From positions 5,127-69,126 of the forward strand of contig JAGOPC010000003.1 in assembly GCA_017992195.1 (NCBI GenBank): a stretch of DNA of 64,000 nt. Reading direction: 5' to 3'. Under the pieces are notes generated by a model. It ran no database searches. It worked only from the letters and a program-made list of their open reading frames with translations, and had not been told where the DNA came from. Within the stretch, counting starts at the first letter, position 1. Each line of letters starts with the position of its first letter. This document shows positions 21,604-30,237 of the stretch, piece after piece. The position numbers and the translations under genes were made by a program. Origin of the DNA: Patescibacteria group bacterium. GTDB taxonomy: Bacteria > Patescibacteriota > Gracilibacteria > Absconditabacterales > Absconditicoccaceae.

Positions 21604-22947
21604 TTACTCTTCTTTTTTCTTTTTTGCTGCCGTCTTCTTCGGCTTCTCACCTGTGCTTTCGTCCTTTTTTGTTGATTTAGATGCGGGTTTTTTTGGAGCT
21701 TTTTCTGTGTTGTCGTGATCATGATGATCATGTGTTTTTGTGCCACCCGCACTCAACTTTTCATAGATCTTCTCTTCAGCATCGAGATTCTTGTTTCGGT
21801 CGATATTATCGATACCGAGGAGCTCCACGAGCTTTCTGAGGATGAAGAATTTCTCAAGAGATGTTCTTGCAGAGAGTTCTATATCATTATAGACTTTCGT
21901 TGTTCCTTCTTCACCGATCTGTTCAAAATACTGTTTCATGCCAGCCTCTCCGCCCATGCGGTCGCCAAGCTGTTTGATGCGGGCTCCCATCTCTTCTCTG
22001 AGGATAGTCTGCGGGATGCTGACGCTCATTGATGCGCTTGCCTGTTCAACTACGTGCTCAACTGCCTGATGTAACTCATTTTCACGCTTCTGTTGTCCCA
22101 GCACCTCGTGGATCTTATTTTTCAGTGACTCTTCTGACGTGATCTCTTCGCTCTGGAAGAGCTTCTTCAATACCTCAACATCACTGAGATCAGGCAGGAT
22201 CACATTTTTGATATCAACGATCGTTGCCGAAACTGTTGCAGGCTTAAGATCTTTCTTCTCATCATCCTTGCGGATATGCAGCACATGAGGCAACTTCTTC
22301 TCATCATACGCGAGTTCAACAACCGCATCTTTCTTCTGTCCGACAAACTCCTTCTTTACGAGAGCGAACTCTTCGTATTCTTCCTTTCCGAGGAATGCAG
22401 ACCCTTTGTCGATCTCATTACCGTCTTTATCATTTATGACAAACTTCAGTTTTGAAACACTTTCTTCCGTAATGGTGTCCGTATCCTGATAGTCGGCATA
22501 CTGGCGGCGAAGATTATTGAGCGCGTTTGCCTCTTCCTCAGCCGTTGGAGTAGTTGTGATAGCGTGAACGTGAATTGTCTCCCGCTTTTTGTCCTTCACT
22601 TCAACCTCAGGATAGACATCAAGTTTAAATGTGATCGTTCGGTTATTTTCTTCCTTTTTATCCTGCAGATCGTATGGCTGTCCGATGAACTTGATCTTCT
22701 CGTTCTCTTCGACCACCTTTTGCAGCGCCTTATTCATAACCTCTTCGTACATAGCCATCTGCATATATTCGGGCTTAATGTTCTTTTCCACAATATCCAA
22801 AGGCACATGTCCCTGTCTAAATCCTGCAAACGAAAAATCTTTTTGTGCTAATTTCAACGCACCTTCTTTCATCTCTTCCTGGGTTTTCCCATCAACGCTC
22901 ACCTTTACCTCATAATTCCCGTTGCCTTTTGTTAATTCATATTTCAT
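21604..22947 (-). CDS. tig: Trigger factor with a His/Lys-rich C-terminal tail
   Basis: 447-aa uninterrupted ORF. N-terminal ribosome-binding region ...FAGFRQGHVP. The tail reads ...THDHHDHDNTEKAPKKPASKSTKK...KKKKEE. Confidence 0.85.
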   Translation of the reverse strand: MKYELTKGNGNYEVKVSVDGKTQEEMKEGALKLAQKDFSFAGFRQGHVPLDIVEKNIKPEYMQMAMYEEVMNKALQKVVEENEKIKFIGQPYDLQDKKEENNRTITFKLDVYPEVEVKDKKRETIHVHAITTTPTAEEEANALNNLRRQYADYQDTDTITEESVSKLKFVINDKDGNEIDKGSAFLGKEEYEEFALVKKEFVGQKKDAVVELAYDEKKLPHVLHIRKDDEKKDLKPATVSATIVDIKNVILPDLSDVEVLKKLFQSEEITSEESLKNKIHEVLGQQKRENELHQAVEHVVEQASASMSVSIPQTILREEMGARIKQLGDRMGGEAGMKQYFEQIGEEGTTKVYNDIELSARTSLEKFFILRKLVELLGIDNIDRNKNLDAEEKIYEKLSAGGTKTHDHHDHDNTEKAPKKPASKSTKKDESTGEKPKKTAAKKKKEE

Positions 22948-23027
22948 CTACGTTCCTTCATAATAAAATAAAGTAGTCCCTCGTTTATAGTGATCCGGAC
23001 TACTTTTTCAATTGCTGATATATCTCG

Positions 23028-23843
23028 TTATACAAAGGCTTTCCCTATCTTTTCTTTCATGGTTTTTGCGTGCTGAGGAGAGTGGATGAGCTTGAGCGTG
23101 CAGGGAGTCTTCATCTTGATCAGCTGATAGAAGAACTCTTTTTTATATCATTCTAGATTCAGGATCGTCTGAAAGAAGAGCGTGAAGTTTTCTGTGATAA
23201 TCTTCGGGAAACTGCATTCGATAATATAGTCGCCGATAATATCGACCATGTAACCTTCCTCAGGAAAGGGTGAGTTGTCGGTGCAGACGGTTGTATAGAG
23301 TTTGTTATTTAAAATTTGTGATCCATATCTATCCAGATAATGAGTATTGCCGATAAGCATATAGGCATGCTCAAGTCAGCGCGCGATCTCCTCCATCGTT
23401 GCTTGCTCTTTTTGCGGAGCGCTGAGCAGATAGTAAGGATGCGATGAGTAGTGGTAGCTCACAGAGCATGGGTATATTTTGACGAGCTGACCGAGAAGAT
23501 CACTACGAATAATATTCAGATCGTGCAGATTGGCCTCAGTCCAGCTTTCCTGCTGGCCGACGGCAAGCTTTGCAATCGGGCTGTCCTGGTTCTCATTGAG
23601 ATGTCTTTGTATCCCATCAACCAGTCCCGCTATGTAGCGACTGAAGATCGAATGGATCTGTAGCTTGCCGTGTGGTCTTATTAGTATCTGGTCGTCGACC
23701 ATGTGTGCCACTATTTTATAAAAATTCGGTAAAGATACCGAAATTCATTTTGTGCAGACCTGTTGGTACAGCTCTTGCACGGACAAATTTTTGTACTTTG
23801 CAACTACGTCAATAATGGCGTAATTCACGCTTGTGTGGAACAT
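23028..23843 (-). CDS. Hypothetical wHTH-like protein, paralogue A
   Basis: ATG at 23843. Pieces joined via TGA at 23748-23750, 23376 and 23148. TAA at 23028-23030. Colinear with paralogue B (shared LPNFYKIV, YNSHPY/YSSHPY, NMEEI/TMEEI, PFPEEGY, IIGDYIIEC, HSP.HAK.MK.KI). Confidence 0.6.
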
Positions 23844-23996
23844 TTTATTTTTGTTTTTAGAAGATAAATTTTTGTATTTTTTGTGTAACTCTATCAATTA
23901 CTCTTTAGAAATTAATTTGCAAGTGATAGATTTTTTTTGTGGAGATATTAGAAAAATATGAGAATGAATGATGTGTGTATATGATACGTCGTGCGC

Positions 23997-24815
23997 CTAA
24001 GAGAAGAACTTTTTGATTTTTTGTTTCATCTTTTTCGCGTGTTCAGGGGAGTGGATTACTTTGATACTGCACGTGTCTTTCATCTTGATAATATGTCCGA
24101 ACATCTGGACGTTGAAAGTATCAAGAGAGTTCACCGTATCAAAGAAGATCTGATAATGCTGGGCCACGCTTTGAGGTAGCGTACATTCGATAATATAATC
24201 TCCGATGATATTGATAAAGTAGCCTTCTTCCGGAAATGGAACATCATCGCTGCACTTTATCGTGTAGCCTTTCATGCTGTAGAGTGTGCTGCCGTACTGG
24301 TCCAGAAAGGTTGTATTTCCAAAGAGAAAGTATGATTTTTTTAGGCCGCTTCCTATCTCTTCCATGTTGGCCTTTTCTTTGTCGGTGATACTGAGAACAT
24401 GATACGGGTGAGAGTTATAGTAGAATCCTTCAGCATCAGGATATTTTTTTATCAGCTGCGTAAGAATATCCATCCAGATAACATCAAGATCGTACAAGCT
24501 TGACGCGCTAAAGGTTTGCTGGTCGCCCGCCTGCAGGGTCTCGACATTGTGTGTGGCGTTTGAAAAATAAGTCTTTTGCACATTCTCTGCGAGTTTGACG
24601 ATGAAGTGAAGATACATCGTGTGGATATGAAGTCTTCCTTTTGTTTTCACAAGTACCTGACTGTCAATCATACGTCCTACTATCTTATAGAAGTTAGGGA
24701 GGGAGACTTTCAGGTTTTTGCCGTTAGTGACGGAGGCATACAACTCCTGCACAGTGATGTCTTTTTGCTCGGCGAGCGCTGCGATAATGGCGTACTCAAT
24801 ACGGATACTAAACAT
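23997..24815 (-). CDS. Hypothetical wHTH-like protein, paralogue B
   Basis: Start placed at MFSIRIEYAIIAAL (24815) by homology with paralogue A; the ORF-track start at 24881 is probably too far upstream. TAG at 23997. Confidence 0.6.
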   Translation of the reverse strand: MFSIRIEYAIIAALAEQKDITVQELYASVTNGKNLKVSLPNFYKIVGRMIDSQVLVKTKGRLHIHTMYLHFIVKLAENVQKTYFSNATHNVETLQAGDQQTFSASSLYDLDVIWMDILTQLIKKYPDAEGFYYNSHPYHVLSITDKEKANMEEIGSGLKKSYFLFGNTTFLDQYGSTLYSMKGYTIKCSDDVPFPEEGYFINIIGDYIIECTLPQSVAQHYQIFFDTVNSLDTFNVQMFGHIIKMKDTCSIKVIHSPEHAKKMKQKIKKFFS

Positions 24816-24843
24816 AATGCATATTATACAGATAAAACGGGTA

Positions 24844-24881
24844 TTATCAAAACTTGATAAAAATATTATATTTTTTATCAA
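24844..24881. promoter_or_regulatory. Palindromic operator-like array TTATCAA-N3-TTGATAA-N14-TTATCAA
   Basis: Half-sites at 24844-24850, 24854-24860 and 24875-24881, in the divergent spacer between paralogue B and the AdoMetDC-like genes. TTGATAA recurs at 25354-25360. Confidence 0.45.
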
Positions 24882-24886
24882 ATCTG

Positions 24887-24914
24887 TTGCAAGGCGAAAT
24901 ATATTAGCTATAGT
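24887..24914 (+). promoter_or_regulatory. Predicted promoter TTGCAA-N16-TATAGT
   Basis: -35 at 24887-24892, -10 at 24909-24914, ATG at 24962. Confidence 0.5.
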
Positions 24915-24961
24915 ACTGATGGCCCAAATATAAATCTCAAAAACTTTACAAAAAAATTATC

Positions 24962-25336
24962 ATGGAGAAAGATAAACTGGTGCATCACCACTTTCTTTAC
25001 TATTGCGTCGTAGGACGTGACATGAATACGTGAGGAACAACAAGACAGCTATTGGAAGAATATCTTTCGAGTCTTGTTGTTTTTCTAAATATGAGAAAAA
25101 ACAAGAAGATAGCTCTCACACACAATACTCGCTCTCATATATGGACGGGGAAGATTTTCGATGGAGGAGTGCATGCGATCGTTCATTACTTTGCTGGCGA
25201 TAATACTGTGCAGGTTGATGTCTATAGTGCTTCTTCTTACTGCAAAGATCGTCTCAGACAGCTTTGCAATCTTTTCCGAAAGCCGCAGAAAGAAGATTTT
25301 TTTTCGTTATGCAAGCATACACCGGAAATTCTATAA
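24962..25336 (+). CDS. AdoMetDC-fold (SpeH/SpeD-like) protein, catalytically degenerate
   Basis: HHHFLYYCVVGRD... and ...DGGVHAIVHYFAGDNTVQVDVYSAS align to the SpeH block ..ESH.TIH.FPE.G...IDVYTC. The Glu-Ser pyruvoyl-forming site is replaced by Gly-Gly and the Cys is lost. One TGA at 25031-25033. Confidence 0.45.
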
Positions 25337-25387
25337 TACAGCTATTATCCATACTTGATAAAAAATGGCTATAGTTTGCTAAATAAA

Positions 25388-25415
25388 TTGCAAACCACTC
25401 ATGAAAACATAGACT
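25388..25415 (+). promoter_or_regulatory. Predicted promoter TTGCAA-N16-TAGACT
   Basis: -35 at 25388-25393, -10 at 25410-25415, ATG at 25440. Confidence 0.45.
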
Positions 25416-25439
25416 CGCTGAACAAACAAAAAGACTGTG

Positions 25440-25895
25440 ATGAAAACAAAAACACTATTTACGCACTATTATACTATCTTCTCGTCTATTGATATGGGGA
25501 GGAAGGATGTATTCCAGGACAATGAGTCCCCGGATGGTCAGCGTCGAAATTCTAAGATCCTGCAACAATTTGCGCGAGATCTTGTGGCAAGCATCGGCAT
25601 GACTGAATTTATGGCTCCCATCGCTGAGATTAGCACCGGCGTTAACGAAGCATGGACGGTATTTATCGGCCTCTATGAGTCGTGTATCACAATGCACGTC
25701 TACCCGTGGGGGCAGATCGAGATTAACATTTCATCGTGTAAAAACATGAGCCCCGATGAGATGAAGGCCACAAAAAAACTTGTAACAGAGTTTTGGCTCA
25801 TGAAAGAATATGATCTTATGACTTACTCTAAAACGCCCGGTAAACAATGTAATAACTTTAAAGAAGAACACGTCATTGTTCTCCAGGCAAACTAA
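25440..25895 (+). CDS. AdoMetDC-fold (SpeH-like, pyruvoyl-type) protein with an intact Glu-Ser site
   Basis: THYYTIFSSID... and ...FIGLYESCITMHVYPWGQIEINISSCKN match the SpeH core (.SESH.TIH.FPE.G...IDVYTCG). Confidence 0.5.
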   Translation: MKTKTLFTHYYTIFSSIDMGRKDVFQDNESPDGQRRNSKILQQFARDLVASIGMTEFMAPIAEISTGVNEAWTVFIGLYESCITMHVYPWGQIEINISSCKNMSPDEMKATKKLVTEFWLMKEYDLMTYSKTPGKQCNNFKEEHVIVLQAN

Positions 25896-25926
25896 TCCTA
25901 ACCCACCTTGAACTTACCTCCCTTAT

Positions 25927-25959
25927 CACCACATGTATCTCATATAGTGGTGTTTTTTT
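25927..25959 (+). terminator. Possible terminator
   Basis: Stem CACCAC/GTGGTG with a 14-nt loop, then T7. Confidence 0.4.
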
Positions 25960-25985
25960 ATGCAAAAATTGCGATCCAAAAGAAA

Positions 25986-26012
25986 TAAAAAAAGTCCCGG
26001 CATGCCGGGACT
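25986..26012 (-). terminator. Intrinsic terminator of the lipoprotein gene
   Basis: Stem GTCCCGG/CCGGGAC. A8 on the plus strand gives a U-run on the minus transcript. Confidence 0.7.
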
Positions 26013-26040
26013 GTAACTTTAATACAATGTTTGATTGTTC

Positions 26041-26424
26041 TTATTTAGCGATAGCAACGAGTTCGTAGATGTCTTCCTGTACTGCCTCATTGCTTATAGC
26101 GCCCAGCGGATCGATACGCACACTATCTACTGCCAAAATCAAAGAGTAGTTAGCGGCCTTACAAATAATGCTCCCGTCCTTAATAGAGAGCTCGTACTTG
26201 TCTCCATCTCCTAGTTTCACGTTTCTGCCTCCGGGGTTGTTGATTATGTAGTCTTGAATACTTTTGACATACACTTCCGGCATCAGTATGTCCCTTCTTT
26301 TTTTAGGCGGAGTAGTCTTTGCTGTTTCGCTGTCTTCTGCCCAAAGTTCTGGGTGTGACTTGGATGCATTGTCGCATGATATCATGCATATGCAGCCGAT
26401 GATTATTAATAATGTCTTTTTCAT
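26041..26424 (-). CDS. Hypothetical lipoprotein
   Basis: Signal peptide MKKTLLIIIGCICMISC with a lipobox Cys. 127 aa. Confidence 0.55.
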   Translation of the reverse strand: MKKTLLIIIGCICMISCDNASKSHPELWAEDSETAKTTPPKKRRDILMPEVYVKSIQDYIINNPGGRNVKLGDGDKYELSIKDGSIICKAANYSLILAVDSVRIDPLGAISNEAVQEDIYELVAIAK

Positions 26425-26490
26425 AGATTATTGTGTCAGTTTTTTGTGTTCAGACATTATAGTGTCGTTGCTTTATAAGTCAATGGTTTT

Positions 26491-26934
26491 CTAATAATGA
26501 TACTCCTTCCCTTCAATAATACTCTTACTCCTATAGACTTGCTCTAGCAGCGTGAGTTTTGCCAACCCATGCGGGAGGGTGATGTTTCAGAAAGCGATCT
26601 TGTTGTTTATGACGTTGTCGAGTTTTTCTTCATTAAGACCATAAGGTCAGCCGATGATGAAGGTGACAGTGTTTTCGTCCTGGACGATCTTGGTCATGTC
26701 TGGCGTGTCGCATTGTTTGCCGTCCTTGGATAGCAGGACTTTATAGTTTTGATCTTTTTGAAGCTTTTCGATGAGTTTATCGGTCTCTTTGTCGATGATC
26801 TGGTCGCGATTTCCGTTCTTTTCTGGTTTTACGGAAATAATCTCGAGATCTCTCCCCAGTCTTTTGACGTATTCTTCGATAGCTGTCGAGAAATGTTTGT
26901 CGCTATCGGAAATGCATAAAATCTTTATTTTCAT
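26491..26934 (-). CDS. rlmH: 23S rRNA (pseudouridine1915-N3)-methyltransferase RlmH (SPOUT)
   Basis: MKIKILCISDSDKHF..EEYVKRL. TFIIG-G-PYGL (TGA at 26647-26649). ...AF-G-NITLPHGLAKLTLLEQVYRS...YH. TAG at 26491. Confidence 0.85.
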
Positions 26935-26983
26935 AAGGAGATAACTATACTCTGATAAATATCTTCATTATATAGTTTGTGCC

Positions 26984-28489
26984 ATGAAATTCTACGACAA
27001 AGTAAAAGTGACATTCCAGTCTGGTAAATGAGGAGACGGAGTAGTTTCCGCGCGCCGCGAATCAGGCGTGCCATTCGGTGGGCCATCAGGTGGAAACTGA
27101 GGAACAGGAGGTTCCGTTGTTTTGCGTTGATCAAAAGATGTGAACACATTGATAGATTTCAGGTACCTGAAAACCTTTGCTGCCGATAAGGGAGAGCCGG
27201 GCAGAACGAAGGATCAGTATGGAAAAAATGCCGAAAATCTCGTGCTTTTACTACCGGTGGGAACTATCGTTCGTGATGTCCAGAGTGGACACGTACTGTA
27301 CCAGTTTTTGAAAGACGGCGATGAGTTTGAGGTCTGCCATGGTGGACAGTGAGGTATCGGTAACATGCATTTTAAGAATGCCTCAAATCAGTATCCCCAA
27401 TTTGCCCTCGTCGGTGAGCCGGGCGAAGCCAGAGAAGTTGAGCTTGAACTACAGCTCCTTGGAGACGTTGCGCTGATCGGAACGCCAAGCGTCGGAAAGT
27501 CCTCGCTCATCAACGCTATCAGCAATGTAAAGGCGAAAGTCGCTGACTATCCGTTTACGACGCTGATCCCAAATTTAGGGTCTGTAAAACATCGTGACTT
27601 TACGTTTAACGTCGTCGATGTGCCGGGTCTGATCGAAGGAGCGAGCGAATGAAAAGGTCTTGGTAACGACTTTCTGCGCCACATATTAAAAGCGTCCGTT
27701 TTCGCATTCGTGATCGATGCATCACGTTACGAACAGGGAATAGAGGAGTTCGGCAAGCTATGCGATGAGATCACTCACTATATGCGTGAGACGTTTATGC
27801 AAAGCCGCGACTTCGGTAGCGAGATCACAGGTGTCAAATTTCAACTGAAGAAAGAGAACGGAAAATTATTCCTACAGGTTCACGCAACGATAGGCGGGGA
27901 GCAGAAGATACTGATGGAAAAGATGATGATGGTCTTGCTCAATAAGGCCGACATTCTTGATGATGCTGAGGTGATTGCTGAATACACAACTCACTTTATG
28001 AAACATGCTCAGGAGTATCTCAAGGGAGCTTTCGGTGTCAAGATCGATAAAGATGAGATGCCCATATTCATCGTCTCTGCCATCGCGCAAACAGGGCTTA
28101 CAGAGTGGCTAGATTTGATCCAGCACTACTTACAATACGACAGAGATCATACATCTCTGCTTCTTTTCGATATCGTTCCCATCGCGGATAAACCGGTTGG
28201 CCACATTCGCGAGGTGACCGCTGAAACACTCCCATGGCTGGTTGAAAACCTCTATGTAGAGCAGCTCGATGTCAAATATGCCAAGGTCCGAGAGGTCGCA
28301 GATGCAGAGTTCTGCCGCTTAGCGTACATGCTGCCATGGGGAAATGACGAGGCCGAACTTCGGTTCCGAAATGTCATGTCGAAAAAACGTTTTGTCGCAA
28401 AGCTCGAGACAGCCGGCCTCGTCAAAGGCGACATCATCAAGATTAAGTCGTTGTATAATGGCTTGCCTGACAGATTTATTAGATATTAA
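26984..28489 (+). CDS. obg: GTPase Obg/CgtA
   Basis: MKFYDKVKVTFQSGK-G-GDGVVSARRE..GGPSGGN-G-GTGGSVVLR-G-S.. ..HGGQ-G-GIGN, P-loop GTPSVGKSS, DVPGLIEGASE-G-KGLGN, NKAD. Pieces 27140.., 27365.. and 27710..28489 share one frame. Confidence 0.92.
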
Positions 28490-28528
28490 GAAACAATTAA
28501 TCTTGTATTCTCAGAATATTTTTATAGA

Positions 28529-29074
28529 ATGACGGTTCTCAAACAAAACACATCACTACAACAAAAAAGTATACCACTCATGGAAGAACTAAAGAATGTA
28601 GTCTACATTGTTATAGATCAAGGAATACCTTGCGACGTGAATTATGAAGAACTCTACTGGGATTCTGAAATAATATACGTTTATTGCAGGGATGTCTCTG
28701 TAACAATTAAATCATTTAGCGGAGATACAAAACAGTGCCAACTGTTTTCCTTCACAAAGTTGCCTCAAGCGATTACTAGTGGTAAAAACTATCACAGTAA
28801 GATCAAAAAGATGAGCGCTATGATGTCTAAAGTGCTGGCGAATCTACGCAATAAGTTCATTATTTGGACTTTTGCAATTAAAGTAGATCATATCGGTACC
28901 TACATACAATTCATGCACTCTCTTGAGACGCGAGGTAAAAAACTTATTTTTCATCTTTCGGCAGCTGATGTGGAAACACTCACTAACGATGCGCTCTTCG
29001 CTTCTATCAGTCGGCGGTATGTGAATGAAGGTACAGTAAAATTTCAACAACTGGAAGCACCTTCCGTTAATTAG
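28529..29074 (+). CDS. Hypothetical protein
   Basis: 181-aa uninterrupted ORF followed by a strong terminator. No family recognised. Confidence 0.5.
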   Translation: MTVLKQNTSLQQKSIPLMEELKNVVYIVIDQGIPCDVNYEELYWDSEIIYVYCRDVSVTIKSFSGDTKQCQLFSFTKLPQAITSGKNYHSKIKKMSAMMSKVLANLRNKFIIWTFAIKVDHIGTYIQFMHSLETRGKKLIFHLSAADVETLTNDALFASISRRYVNEGTVKFQQLEAPSVN

Positions 29075-29113
29075 ATTTGGCAAATTTGGTAAAATTTATT
29101 ACTAACATCAACC

Positions 29114-29140
29114 GGAAGCAGAATCTGCTTCCTTTTTTTT
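29114..29140 (+). terminator. Intrinsic terminator
   Basis: Perfect 8-bp stem GGAAGCAG/CTGCTTCC with loop AAT, then T8. Confidence 0.8.
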
Positions 29141-29144
29141 ACGC

Positions 29145-29560
29145 AAAAAAAATCCTCAGCAGACGCCGAGGAGCTTTTTAAGGGAAAGAGGTATACATCG
29201 TCAACATACATGGACAATAACGTTCATATATCTTCATATAATCATCGTGTATTGTTGTGATATATCGCTTGTGTGGTCTGATTGCTCAGAGCAACTTGCA
29301 GATATAATATCTGTGGTTTAGACAGATATAACGTTGTGGTGCATATCCTTCTCCCTAGGAGAGACACTGTCACACAGAGCCAAGCTCGCAGATCTGAATG
29401 AGGGGTTTGATCCTCAGGGTCAAAAGTGGTTTGATAGAGGGCTTAACACGGCCTATAGACAACTCTATGGCTTAATGTATTAAGTTTTTCTTTATCATAT
29501 ATGTGGCAATGTCTGTCTTAGGCAGAAAGACGCTAACTCCTTTTAATGACCTTATTGTAT
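29145..29560 (-). ncRNA. Candidate structured non-coding RNA (about 415 nt), family unknown
   Basis: Bounded by a consensus promoter (29566-29594) and an intrinsic terminator (stem CCUCGGC/GCUGAGG, loop GUCU, U8; 29145-29172). All frames are dense in TAA/TAG. There are several local hairpins, for example ATATCTGT/ACAGATAT. Confidence 0.5.
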
Positions 29561-29565
29561 GTCTT

Positions 29566-29594
29566 ATTATATCTCATCTCTCGCTTTTTGTCAA
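29566..29594 (-). promoter_or_regulatory. Consensus sigma70 promoter TTGACA-N17-TATAAT
   Basis: -35 at 29589-29594 and -10 at 29566-29571 on the minus strand. Both hexamers are perfect with a 17-nt spacer. Confidence 0.65.
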
Positions 29595-29664
29595 ATTTTC
29601 ACCCCAAAATCATTCATTTAACGTCAAATGACATCAAAACGGCTTAAAATCAATATTTTTTTAC

Positions 29665-29692
29665 AAAAAATTCCCCCTTATTTGGGGGAATT
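29665..29692 (-). terminator. Intrinsic terminator of gene 29715..30143
   Basis: Stem TTCCCCC/GGGGGAA with loop TTATTT. A6 on the plus strand gives a U-run on the minus transcript. Confidence 0.7.
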
Positions 29693-29714
29693 ACAAAAAC
29701 AAGAACATTGCTAA

Positions 29715-30143
29715 TTAGGGGCTGGTGGACTTGTGAGTCATCTTATAAGTGCCCGGAATTTCCGAATGCTTATCAAGGTGTCTGAGGAAAAGTCCTCCAC
29801 CCAAACCCACAATGAGCATACCGCATGTACAGCTTGTAAACTGATGGGAGCCTATAAGGTTGAAGAGCCATAGTAATACTATGCTTGCCATCATTGATGA
29901 GAAGGCGCTCAGCCAGATAATCTGCCAGGTCTTCTTGCCTATGCCAGTAAGGCAGAGGGCGGCAAGGCAAAATGCTCCGATGATTGAGCCGCCGCTCGTC
30001 CATTTCTCGGCTGGAGTGTAAAGAGTTGGGTGTTGACCATACATGTGAGCGTTAGTCTGGGTCCACCATGGGCCGGCTGCGTAGCTGATGTTGCTAATGA
30101 TCGTGAGCATTATAATGCTCGTGAATGAGATAAGTTTTTTCAT
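29715..30143 (-). CDS. Hypothetical membrane protein with signal peptide
   Basis: 142 aa. MKKLISFTSIIMLTIISNISYAAG, followed by three TM segments. TAA at 29715. Confidence 0.5.
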   Translation of the reverse strand: MKKLISFTSIIMLTIISNISYAAGPWWTQTNAHMYGQHPTLYTPAEKWTSGGSIIGAFCLAALCLTGIGKKTWQIIWLSAFSSMMASIVLLWLFNLIGSHQFTSCTCGMLIVGLGGGLFLRHLDKHSEIPGTYKMTHKSTSP

Positions 30144-30204
30144 ATTTTTTTCTTTTAGTAGTCAGATTGTAGTGGGAAGAAGGGGAAAGTCAATATTTAA
30201 CCAA

Positions 30205-30237
30205 TAAAAAAAGAGTGCTTATTTCTTCAGCACTCTC
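30205..30237 (-). terminator. Intrinsic terminator overlapping the rlmN stop codon
   Basis: Stem AGAGTGCT/AGCACTCT. A-run on the plus side. Confidence 0.55.

Noticed and set aside
26984-28489. The unusually long Obg (501 aa) as a possible novel fusion.
   Set aside because: The extra length is explained by an insertion of about 40 aa between G3 and G4, plus a normal Obg C-terminal (OCT-like) domain. I see no foreign domain.
29399-29417. tRNA-like T-arm (TGAGG-GGTTTGAT-CCTCA) suggesting a tRNA or tmRNA gene.
   Set aside because: The loop length is wrong (8 nt, not the 7-nt TTCGAAT type). There is no acceptor, D or anticodon arm around it.
29145-29560. Whether the orphan RNA locus is RNase P RNA, tmRNA, SRP RNA or 6S RNA.
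   Set aside because: On both strands I looked for GAGGAAAGUCC / ACAGAA..GGCUUA (P4), for GGGG...UCCACCA ends with a T-arm, for the SRP GGAA-tetraloop/AGCAGC motif, and for a long closing stem. Only weak resemblances appeared (plus-strand GATAGAGGGCTTAAC and AGATCTGAATGA), with no complementary P4 strand. No family can be assigned by eye, and a covariance-model search is still needed.
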